A program made the position numbers and the translations under genes. The notes beneath the pieces are model-generated. The model was not told the origin of the DNA. It ran no database searches and was given only the letters and a program-made list of their open reading frames with translations. A DNA stretch of 64,000 bases from Nemertoderma westbladi (Eukaryota; Animalia; Xenacoelomorpha): NCBI GenBank assembly GCA_032718475.1, contig JAUCBJ010003878.1, forward strand, positions 1-64,000. The letters run 5' to 3'. Below are positions 39,209 through 50,317 of the stretch, one piece after another (position 1 is the first letter of the stretch; the number at the start of each line of letters is the position of its first letter).

Positions 39209-40441
39209 TTACTTATTCAGACAGCATTGTGTTTAGTTAAGTTGAATACTAACGAATAATCCATTTCAGTAGTAATTTTACACCGTCCAGTATATGTATA
39301 AATTACCGACGCTATTTGGGGGGGGGGGGGGGGGGGGGTAAATGTTGTGGCTGATTTGGGGAATTCTTTAATCAGCTGAGGTCTTGGCCAATCACCGACT
39401 GATTATTGTGGCGACGACTGATTTTGGGAAATAATTAATTAAGATGCCGATGGTAACAAACAAATATCGCTATTTATATGCCGTTTATCCATTAGTTTCC
39501 GTTATTAATTATGCATATATACTTGGTTTTTAATAATCGTTCAACATAATATTGTTATTTTGAATTAATCCCATTCCATTATTGGTGATTCAATATTATA
39601 CATTCCCCCTTCGGCCTCGGCCGATAATCGGCGGCTCTTTCGGCCCTCCCGGAAATCGTATATAATATCAGTTAAGTAGGGTTTAAAAAATTCATAGACT
39701 TTCTTTAATTTATTAATTACGTGAAATATTTCAATGACATTTTTGAAATTTAATGTTTTTTAATTTAATGAAATTTATTCCCCAATCATAGAACCATAGA
39801 ACCATATCCAGCCATGTCCACATTTTGTCATTCCGAGAAAAATGCGTTTACTAATGATTACTATTACTAATGATAATGGTTTTGCAATGGAAATATTGTC
39901 CCAACCTCAAATAAAAGGCATTATATCAAAAAGTTTGGAATAGGTGTTTCCAATTTTGAAAACCACCGAATTTTTCTAATTTTTTGGACATGACTCTTTC
40001 TTACAAAATTGAAATCCCAAATCGCTGTAAGCAAAAATGGGCCATGTCCAAAAATGATGCGTTTTAAAAAATTATAATTATTATTAGTCATAGTAAGTGT
40101 AGGAAATTAAACTTTCTCCATCTTTGTTAGGGTTAAATGCTGTTGCGTTACCCTACCTGTTATTTAACTGCCCACTAAATTATATTTAAAATGGACCATG
40201 TCGCAGATGTCCTGGAAAATAATGTGATAAAATGAGCCACGTCCATGGACATGGCTTATTATTGTAATACCCACCCTCGTTATTGGACATGGTTCATTTC
40301 TCCGAAATATGTGATTTGGACATGAGTTTTATGACTTATATACCAGATCTGCTAGTTTGAATGCAGATATGGACTTTATCATGGAAACTAATGTTATTCA
40401 GCATTCCCACAGTAACATTAACACAAAATTTTACAAAATGT

Positions 40442-41080
40442 GGATATGGCTGGTTAGTGGTAACCAGTGGGACATGGCTGGTTAGTGGCAACCAGTGGGT
40501 CATGGCTGGTTAATGGCAACCAGTGGGACATGGCTGGTTAGTGGCAACCAGTGGGACATGGCTGGTTAGTGGTAACCAGTGGGACATGGCTGGTTAGTGG
40601 TAACCAGTGGGACATGGCTGGTTAGTGGTAACCAGTGGGACATGGCTGGTTAGTGGCAACCAGTGGGACATGGCTGGTTAGTGGTAACCAGTGGGACATG
40701 GCTGGTTAGTGGTAACCAGTGGGACATGGCTGGTTAGTGGTAACCAGTGGGACATGGCTGGTTAATGGCAACCAGTGGGACATGGCTGGTTAGTGGTAAC
40801 CAGTGGGACATGGCTGGTTAGTGGTAACCAGTGGGACATGGCTGGTTAGTGGTAACCAGTGGGACATGGCTGGTTAGTGGCAACCAGTGGGACATGGCTG
40901 GTTAGTGGTAACCAGTGGGACATGGCTGGTTAGTGGTAACCAGTGGGACATGGCTGGTTAGTGGTAACCAGTGGGACATGGCTGGTTAGTGGCAACCAGT
41001 GGGACATGGCTGGTTAGTGGTAACCAGTGGGACATGGCTGGTTAGTGGTAACCAGTGGGACATGGCTGGTTAGTGGCAAC
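40442..41080. repeat. 28-bp minisatellite GGACATGGCTGGTTAGTGG(T/C)AACCAGTG; resumes at 42842-42956 after the hAT insertion
   Basis: About 23 units visible; each holds the hairpin CTGGTTA-gtgg-TAACCAG. Confidence 0.97.
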
Positions 41081-42841
41081 TAGGGATGCGACAGAGCTCC
41101 GGCTCCGGAAATCCGGAGCTCCGGGCCAATTTTCTAGTTCCGGCTCTGGTTCCGGCTCCGGGCAAATTAACCCGGAGCCAATCCGGAGCTTATATTGTTT
41201 AAATTAAAATTAAAATAATAAGTTTTTCTGATGTATGAATAATGTAAATATCATAGTAATTAACATAATAACTCATTAAGTAATTTACAGCTTGTTTTTT
41301 TTAAGTTTCCTGATAACATCCCACCCCCTATGTGAAATTGTTTAAATGTTTGAACAAAAACATTGAAATGATTCAGTTAATTCAATTAATATTCTCCCCT
41401 AATTAAAAAATCTTAAATACGTCACACTATCGTTTCGTTCGTCTCCAGAACCTCCATTCCACTGACCCCCCCCCCCCCCCTCCCATCCCCAACAGGCTGG
41501 TACTGTTCATTTGTATAAAATAATAAGTTTAAATACTTATAATTCTAGAACTATTTTATATTATAGAACTTTATTAAATTGATGTAATAATAATTTTAGT
41601 AGTTATACAATATTTGTGTGCGGAGATTGTATTTCAGTTCCTGATTCAATAATGTAAATAGAGCCCGAGGACCCTCTAAACAGTTGTGATATATCCAAAT
41701 TACTAATATTATTTTAGATATCCGGTTTATGCCAGCCTACGTACGTACTGTGAGGTAGGTGGTACATGTTTTAGCGTTTATCAATGACAATATGTGGCTG
41801 GCCACGAGAAAAGGGACCTTATGTCACCGGGGGTCGATTTTGAGTTATTAGGCCTATGAGATGCAGAATTTTCCAGAGATCTTAACAAAAAAAACTGTGT
41901 CTCAATATCTATTTCCAAAAAAAAGTTATAGCGATTTATGTGAAGGTGATTCGGGTAGCTCTTTTCAAAATGAATTTGTTATTAAAAAAAATGGAAAATA
42001 TTAATAATATCATAGCAATTCTTACTATATAGTTAGGCAGCTCAATGTTATTCGGCTTTTTATACAACTTTTAACACTTTGAAACTATTATTGTGGTTAA
42101 AGAAATATTTTAAAAAAAAATGTAAGCGAAAATTTTTTTTTTCAAATTTAAATAAAATAATTATTTTAAACAAATATTTAAAACAAATATTAATTTCCAG
42201 GAGTTGGTTCAGTATTCTTTATATTATAATGAATACTGCACCAACTCCTGGAAATTAATCACACAATGTCACATAAAATAGTGTCGATGATAAGTTGACA
42301 ACAAACCGAAGTTACTGATAGCCTAGTCGTAAGAAATATAAAAATAACAGAGTTTGTGTAATGAGTGTGAACTGAAAAGTCTAAAACATTAGTATATTTT
42401 AGCCCATTGAACACCAGATAAGGGAGTCTTTGGACGCAATTAAAATGCATCCCTCTCCAGGAGAAAATCGACGCAAATAACTGCAAATTACTCCCAAAAA
42501 TATAATTGTAACCTGTTCTATTGAATATAGTTTATTGTTTTGATTAGAATAGAATAGCATGCGACTGCAAACTGCTCATTTCCCTTAATTGATAATTGAG
42601 TAAGAATTTGCATCAAATCCCCCCCCCCCCCCCCTCCCCTGTTTAATGGACGCATATCTGTCTATGTCTACTATAATAATACACTTGAATTATCAATCAC
42701 CAAACCTCCGGGCTCCGGCTCCGGATGACATTTTAGCTCTTATTATAAGAAGGGATCTAGGGGTCTTACACAAACACCTCGAAAAATACAGCTTGCCAAC
42801 ACATTGTTACTATCAATAATTTTAGCTCTGTCGCACCCCTA
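41081..42841. mobile_element. Non-autonomous hAT DNA transposon, 1761 bp
   Basis: 18-bp TIRs TAGGGATGCGACAGAGCT / AGCTCTGTCGCACCCCTA (1 mismatch); perfect 8-bp TSD GTGGCAAC (41073-41080 and 42842-42849); GGCTCC subterminal repeats; no transposase ORF. Confidence 0.92.
42189..42259. repeat. Near-perfect palindrome of about 71 bp inside the hAT element
   Basis: ATTAATTTCCAGGAGTTGGTTCAGTATTC ... GAATACTGCACCAACTCCTGGAAATTAAT (1 mismatch in 29 bp). Confidence 0.9.
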
Positions 42842-43165
42842 GTGGCAACCAGTTTACCTGGCAACCTGGTTAGTGGTAACCAGTGGGACATGGCTGGTTA
42901 GTGGCAACCAGTGGGACATGGCTGGTTAGTGGTAACCAGTGGGACATGGCTGGTTACGGCTATAAGGGGTCGATATTGTATTTTAGAGTTACAGACTGTT
43001 TTACTAGTCTGTATTATGCTTTTGCCTCCTCCCACTACATTAATAATTATCGATCTAAGCTTGGAAATCATCAATAATAAGTTGTTATATTATAATTATT
43101 ATAATATTAATTAAATCATCAATAATAAGTCCCAACCCAACTTTATCTAACTAAACCTAAACAGT

Positions 43166-44152
43166 CTAGTCTTCAAACCCCTCGGACTCCAATTCCCCAT
43201 CGCTTACTTGCCCTACTTTACGAGTAGGCCAGTAGGGACTGGGAGTTCCAACATTACCTTTGGGAGTGGGGTGAACGAACACCGATCGAACAACCCCTCG
43301 ATTGTTCACAATGTCCCGACAATCATCCGACTGGTGGTGACTGGTGATGTAGCATTGACGTGATGGCAAGCTGGGGGAGTCGTCTTCTAGTAACAGAGAC
43401 TCTCTCAGCACCAACTTCGTCAACCTGTTTATTAATCTCTGAGGAGATAATATCGGTGGGGTGACGCTTGGCTTTGTTGAACCCAGAAACATGGGAATAT
43501 GATGTAATTTATTACCCCTCCCCCCCCCCCCCCCCCACGAACTTTGGTCCATGGGATGGATGTCTCATAACCCTACTTACTGTACTTACTGACTTAGTTA
43601 TCTAGTACCCACTCTAACTGACTAAATGATTCCTGAATGCATCGATTTTTCTATAAAAGATTCGCAATAGTTTAAATTGGGAGACAATTCAGTTTTACAG
43701 TATTTAACAATCACGCATAAACAATTACGTTCTCCTTCATAAACTTCCCGCTTCATAAAATAGGCCCCAGGTACCCCTCATCCCCCCAATTCCACCCCCT
43801 GCATTGTTCAATTTAAAAAAATTCAAAAAATTAATTATATTTCACAAAAAAAATCAAAAAAATGTTTCTTTGTTAAGTTTCTGTATCATGAATTTTTTAA
43901 ACCCTAAAAATAAGACAACTACAAATAGAGGGAATATATTTATTCGGTAATATAACTAACTATTTGTGGTATTGTACCCTGGATTTTTATCTAAACACAA
44001 ATAAATTATCGTTTCTTTATCATTATTTTTGTGTTCAGGTCAAATCCAAGGCTTATTTTCCAAGAATAGGACTTATTAGAGGAATTATGTAATTTTATAC
44101 TTTTACTACCCGGAAATGCCTACCTTTTCCCCAGATCAGCCACAACACTCAT
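43166..44152 (-). CDS. Candidate small two-exon gene (44152-44124 joined to 43424-43166), 95 aa, unknown product
   Basis: ATG..MSVVADLGK-AG|GTAGGC donor joins in frame via an AAACAG acceptor to LTKLVLRESLLLEDDSPSLP...ELESEGFED*; locally raised GC; no recognised homology. Confidence 0.25.
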
Positions 44153-44980
44153 CCTGTCTAGTCTGGCATTGCTGTGCCAGAATATAGTTTGTAAAGAAAT
44201 GGTTTATGTTTCTCTCTAACCTGTAGTAAAAACCTTTATCTAAAAATACAAAAATAACAGTAACAATATACCATATTTCCTTAAATTCGGAACGGGTGAA
44301 ATTATAGCCTTGTACTTGTAATATTAATGGCCCAACGCAGAAAACGTAACATTTTAAATACTAAATATTATAAAAAAGAGATGGCGTACAAATAGAAAGT
44401 ATTGCACAACCAGTGATTTTGTGTGACACGCACCAACATCACCACACCATACCGACAGAAATATTTTAATATTTAATTATAAACTTTTTTTTTTAATAAG
44501 TTACCTGTCCTGTAGTTTAATTTTTTTCCTAAATATCAATATCATTAAATTATTTGTAATTATGTTGTATCATATTTCCCCATTCCTCGAGGGAAAAGAG
44601 TTAAATTAAATATTAATTGTTGAAATGAAGAACTGAACCTTACCAAGCGGTTTAAAAATCCATATTAATGTAAGTCTTATATTTATTTTCGAGAGATTTC
44701 AGTTAATAATAACAGGTTTTCAGGTTCATAAACTATTTACAGACAGTCCCAACTCGTACACAATGGGTCGGTTTGATTGGCTGTTTCCATAGGAATGATA
44801 ACCTGGACTTTGCTGTGATTCGCTAATGAACGACGTATTTAATAAATATTATATAGTTAGGGTTTGTTTGTATGACGTCACCTGCAAACTTGGTAATTAT
44901 AATTTATTATGTTGTTTGTTAAAAAAAATATATTTCATTCAATTATAACAAATGGAATCAACTTTGTTTGCATAAGTTGG

Positions 44981-46037
44981 TACAATGTTAATGACTTATT
45001 AATACAGTACCTACAATGTTAATGACTTATTAATACAGTACCTACAATGTTAATGACTTATTAATACAGTACCTACAATGTTAATGACTTATTAATACAG
45101 TACCTACAATGTTAATGACTTATTAATACAGTACCTACAATGTTAATGACTTATTAATACAGTACCTACAATGTTAATGACTTATTAATACAGTACCTAC
45201 AATGTTAATGACTTATTAATACAGTACCTACAATGTTAATGACTTATTAATACAGTACCTACAATGTTAATGACTTATTAATACAGTACCTACAATGTTA
45301 ATGACTTATTAATACAGTACCTACAATGTTAATGACTTATTAATACAGTACCTACAATGTTAATGACTTATTAATACAGTACCTACAATGTTAATGACTT
45401 ATTAATACAGTACCTACAATGTTAATGACTTATTAATACAGTACCTACAATGTTAATGACTTATTAATACAGTACCTACAATGTTAATGACTTATTAATA
45501 CAGTACCTACAATGTTAATGACTTATTAATACGGTACCTACAATGTTAATGACTTATTAATACAGTACCTACAATGTTAATGACTTATTAATACAGTACC
45601 TACAATGTTAATGACTTATTAATACAGTACCTACAATGTTAATGACTTATTAATACAGTACCTACAATGTTAATGACTTATTAATACAGTACCTACAATG
45701 TTAATGACTTATTAATACAGTACCTACAATGTTAATGACTTATTAATACAGTACCTACAATGTTAATGACTTATTAATACAGTACCTACAATGTTAATTA
45801 CTTATTAATACAGTACCTACAATGTTAATGACTTATTAATACAGTACCTACAATGTTAATGACTTATTAATACAGTACCTACAATGTTAATGACTTATTA
45901 ATACAGTACCTACAATGTTAATGACTTATTAATACAGTACCTACAATGTTAATGACTTATTAATACAGTACCTACAATGTTAATGACTTATTAATACAGT
46001 ACCTACAATGTTAATGACTTATTAATACGGTACCTAC
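44981..46037. repeat. 31-bp minisatellite TACAATGTTAATGACTTATTAATACAGTACC
   Basis: About 34 nearly identical units. Confidence 0.98.
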
Positions 46038-46147
46038 ACGTCCGTGGGGGCTGGTAGCTGGTAGTAGGGCTGACCGTTTATTAATATAGTACCTACAATG
46101 TTAATGACTTATTAATTAATACAGTACCTACAATGTTAATGACTTAT

Positions 46148-46476
46148 TAGTAGTAGTAGGATCGGCATGCTGCATTGCATCTGCATTTTTAAGAATGCTG
46201 TGCCGGCTTGTCAACAAAATTGCACCGCCACAACTCCCTATCACCCATGACATTTGCTAGATCATCCGCATCTTCAAGGCCAGTGTCCTTTAAGATGCGT
46301 CTCAAGAAAGTCATGGGCTGTCCACCATGCTTATTCACTCCATGAGGCTGCCAAAGTACAAGATTATGCACTGGCTGGTCCTCACGGCGAAAGCAATGTC
46401 CTGCAAAGCGGAGGCGATTTTGTTATAGTGTCAAGCTTGGGGGAACCAATGAGACACATCCAATGTTATATAGTGT
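46148..46476 (-). mobile_element. 5'-truncated copy (about 330 bp) of the LINE at 60.5-61.8 kb
   Basis: Near-identical to 60489-60811; encodes HNLVLWQPHGVNKHGGQPMTFLRRILKDTGLED; 3-bp microsatellite tail. Confidence 0.92.
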
Positions 46477-48325
46477 CTTATTGACTTAATGTGTGTCTTA
46501 TTGGCAATGACTTATTAATACAGTACCTACACGTCCGTGGGGGCTGGTAGCTGGTAGTAGGGCTGACCGTTTATTAATATATCTTTTACTTCTCGAGATA
46601 TGGGTGTCTCTCCGTTTGACTGTCGGTCTTTCCGTTAGTGCGGTATTTCTTCAAAACAATGGAAAGCATATTACCAAGCTAAAAAAAATTCCTATATAGG
46701 GGTTTTCTTGGTCACTGACTTCATTTCCGATGTCAGTATTTAAATTTGGCGTCATCATCTTTGTGTGTATGACTGTCAGTCTGTCTGTCATCCTTCATCC
46801 ATATAACCGACATCCTGGCAGTGAGACAAACAGTTTGAAGCCATCAAATGTGAAAGCTGAAAACTGTCACGAAATGCATTCTGCGACCTAGAAAACACCC
46901 ATAGCAAACATTTTAGAATTGTTTTGGATGTTCTACAGTAGATTTGGCAGACATTCTTAGATATTAACAACAGTTTTTGCGCGGGACTTTAACACATTTC
47001 AAACATACATTACGTATAGTGACGTAATGAGTCATTTGATAAAAACTGACGTCATATCTGGTTTCCATGGCGTCAACTTATGCACTTATGTATGATTTTT
47101 TTCGTACTAGGGTATAACTGTAATGCGGAATGGATTGCGCACCGGTGCGGTGCTCAAAGCTCAGTTTGTGTCAAATGTTGTTATGAGCACCGGAGCTCAA
47201 ATAGGAGGTATTTCAGGGTTTTCATGATCAGGTGTAATATACACTGATCAGTTATAGTTTCCAAGAAATACTTATTGTTATTAGATTTACAACGTAAAAT
47301 ATGCATTTCAAATACAAATAAACAAACAAAGTAATACAAATATAATACAAGCATAAATAAAGGTATAATACAAATGTAGCCAGATTTATAGCATCAAAGT
47401 TATTGCTGTAATGGGCAGACAAACATACAAAAAGTGGTCAAACGGACAGTTTAAATGTCCGAAAATAGTTGTATTGATCTAGAAAGGTATAGAGAAACAA
47501 ATCAAAATCGGATCCAAAACCAAAACTGATCTAAGACCCAAAGCGATCTCATATACAAATTGCAATACTTCATTAGTGGGTAACTACGGACTGGAAGTAG
47601 CTACAGACTACGGTAACTACGGACTACGGTAACTACGGACTACGGTAACTACGGACTTGAAGTAGCTACAGAGATGCAGTTTTTTGTAGAATTATTGCCT
47701 AATGATGAGGTATAGCAAAGATACCACTATGCGAAACAATTAACATCAATGATTAAAATGGTGCGCAAATCGCACTAAGTGTCAAAACCAAGGAATTTAT
47801 GTTCGCATTAGCAGGAATGCCATATAATGTGCACCGGTGCACATAACGCATTAACGGCCCCGGTGCACATAACGCATTAACGGCCCAACACGTGGTTTTA
47901 CTCCCGCGCTAACCTGTTAACGGCAATTTTCTCGGAATGCATTTTTTTATATTTAAATCACTACCCCTCTTCCATTTTCAACTAGTTTTGGTATCAATTG
48001 AAAGCTATTGGTGTGCGCAATAATAAATTTCAAGCAGTTTTTTTAGTTTTGCAATTGTTTATCTGTTATGACTTATTTTACGAAAAAAAAACAGTGTTTC
48101 TTTGAAAATTTGTAAATAATTTCGCAAATTTGCCGTATTTTCCTTGTTTTGTATTACTGATCCTTAAACATGAGATATTTTACATATAAATTTAAATGTA
48201 AAATTTATACAATTAAAAATACAATAACAGACCAACAGGCACAAAACGTGCCATATTTTTTTTCGAACAAATGGATTTACGAAGCTATCCATATTCATAC
48301 TCAGTTTGGTAGGTGCTAAACTGTA

Positions 48326-49652
48326 CAACGAGCAACAATGACCAACAATGAGCAACAACGAGCAACAATGAACAACAACGAGCAACAACGAGCAACAACG
48401 AGCAACAATGAGCAACAACGAGTAACAATGAACAACAACGAGCAACAACGAGCAACAATGAGCAACAACGAGCAACAATGAACAACAATGAGCAACAACG
48501 AGCAACAATGAACAACAACGAGCAACAACGAGCAACAATGAACAACAACGAGCAACAACGAGCAACAACGAACAACAACGAGTAACAATGAGCAACAACG
48601 AGCAACAATGAGCAACAACGAGTAACAATGAACAACAACGAGCAACAACGAGCAACAACGAGCAACAATGAGCAACAACGAGTAACAATGAACAACAACG
48701 AGCAACAACGAGCAACAATGAGCAACAACGAGCAACAATGAACAACAACGAGCAACAACGAGCAACAATGAACAACAACGAGTAACAATGAGCAACAACG
48801 AGTAACAATGAACAACAACGAGCAACAACGAGCAACAACGAGCAACAATGAGCAACAACGAGTAACAATGAACAACAATGAGCAACAACGAGCAACAATG
48901 AGCAACAACGAGCAACAATGAACAACAATGAGCAACAACGAGCAACAATGAACAACAACGAGCAACAACGAGCAACAATGAGCAACAATGAGCAACAACG
49001 AGTAACAATGAACAACAACGAGCAACAACGAGCAACAATGAGCAACAACGAGCAACAACGAGCAACAATGAACAACAATGAGCAACAACGAGCAACAATG
49101 AACAACAACGAGCAACAACGAGCAACAATGAACAACAACGAGCAACAACGAGCAACAACGAACAACAACGAGTAACAATGAGCAACAACGAGCAACAATG
49201 AGCAACAACGAGTAACAATGAACAACAACGAGCAACAACGAGCAACAATGAGCAACAACGAGTAACAATGAACAACAACGAGCAACAACGAGCAACAATG
49301 AGCAACAACGAGCAACAATGAACAACAATGAGCAACAACGAGCAACAATGAACAACAACGAGCAACAACGAGCAACAATGAACAACAACGAGCAACAACG
49401 AGCAACAACGAACAACAACGAGTAACAATGAGCAACAACGAGCAACAATGAGCAACAACGAGTAACAATGAACAACAACGAGCAACAACGAGCAACAACA
49501 AGCAACAATGAGCAACAACGAGTAACAATGAACAACAACGAGCAACAACGAGCAACAATGAGCAACAACGAGCAACAATGAACAACAACGAGCAACAACG
49601 AGCATGAGCAACAACGAGCAACAATGACCAACAATGAGTAACAAAGAACAAC
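48326..49652. repeat. 10-bp minisatellite A(G/A)(C/T)AACAA(C/T)G
   Basis: About 130 units of AGCAACAACG, AGCAACAATG, AACAACAACG and AGTAACAATG. Confidence 0.98.
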
Positions 49653-49724
49653 AAATTCCGAAATTAATTTTATAAAAAAATATTACACAATCATAATACA
49701 CTTATAATTTTTGTTGGGCACAGC

Positions 49725-49997
49725 TTTTGCAAAGTCGGCAATGACGTCCAGGTGGTATCGAACTGGTGACATCCGGGTTGGAAGTAATACGCTCTAACAA
49801 GTAAAAGGTAGACCTGGAAGTACTACTTTATACCTTGTACAGTATGTCCACAATTTACCTCCTCATGGCCTCTCATCGGTCAGTCAATACCATCAAATAA
49901 TGCCAACTGTGCTGAACCTACAGTACTAGGGCTTCAAACTTCCAACCCGATGTCACCAGTTCGATCCCACCTGGACGTCATTGCCGACTTTTCAAAA
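49725..49997. repeat. Inverted pair of tRNA-derived (SINE-head-like) segments, about 60-bp arms
   Basis: ACTTCCAACCCG-ATGTCACCAGTTCGATCCCACCTGGACGTCATTGCCGACTTT at about 49938-49992 and its reverse complement at about 49730-49784; contains a B-box GTTCGATCC; the minus copy is preceded by GTTAGAGCG (D-arm-like). Confidence 0.7.
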
Positions 49998-50317
49998 CCT
50001 GTCCTCTTCACCCCCTCCCCCCCCCCCCCCCCCCCCAAAAAAAAAAATAAATAATAAAATACAAAAATACATTACAAACTATCAATTAATCATCTATCAA
50101 TTAAATTGCAATAATATTGCAATATTATTCAATATATTGGAATATAATTCAATATTATTGCAATATAATTTAATATATTACAATATAATTCAATTCAATT
50201 TCAATATTTATATTGAATTGTAATTCAATGTAAGCTGATTGATTTCAATACTAAAACTGATTGAATGCGTATACTGATTGAATATACATTTACATATTGG
50301 ATTTTGATCCATTTGTT

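Larger units (their letters stand above)
39796..42964. mobile_element. MITE with CCAGCCATGTCC-type termini whose right end is expanded into a minisatellite
   Basis: Left CCAGCCATGTCCACATTTTGT (about 39808) is the inverse of ACAAAATGTGGATATGGCTGG (about 40433); internal GGACATG/CATGTCC motifs; last terminus copy GGACATGGCTGGTTACGGCTATA ends at 42964. Confidence 0.65.

Noticed and set aside
44124-44152. MSVVADLGKR resembles the GABPB N-terminus (MSLVDLGK)
   Set aside because: No ankyrin-repeat exons follow; a short chance similarity.
44124-44221. Possible selenoprotein CxxU motif (CCG-TGA) in one minus-strand frame
   Set aside because: No recognisable selenoprotein family context or SECIS seen; another frame explains the exon candidate equally well.
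48164-49701. Hydrophobic Cys-rich ORFs of 450-500 aa (CCSLLLVVAR)
   Set aside because: All three minus frames are open because of the 10-bp repeat; no evidence of a real membrane protein.
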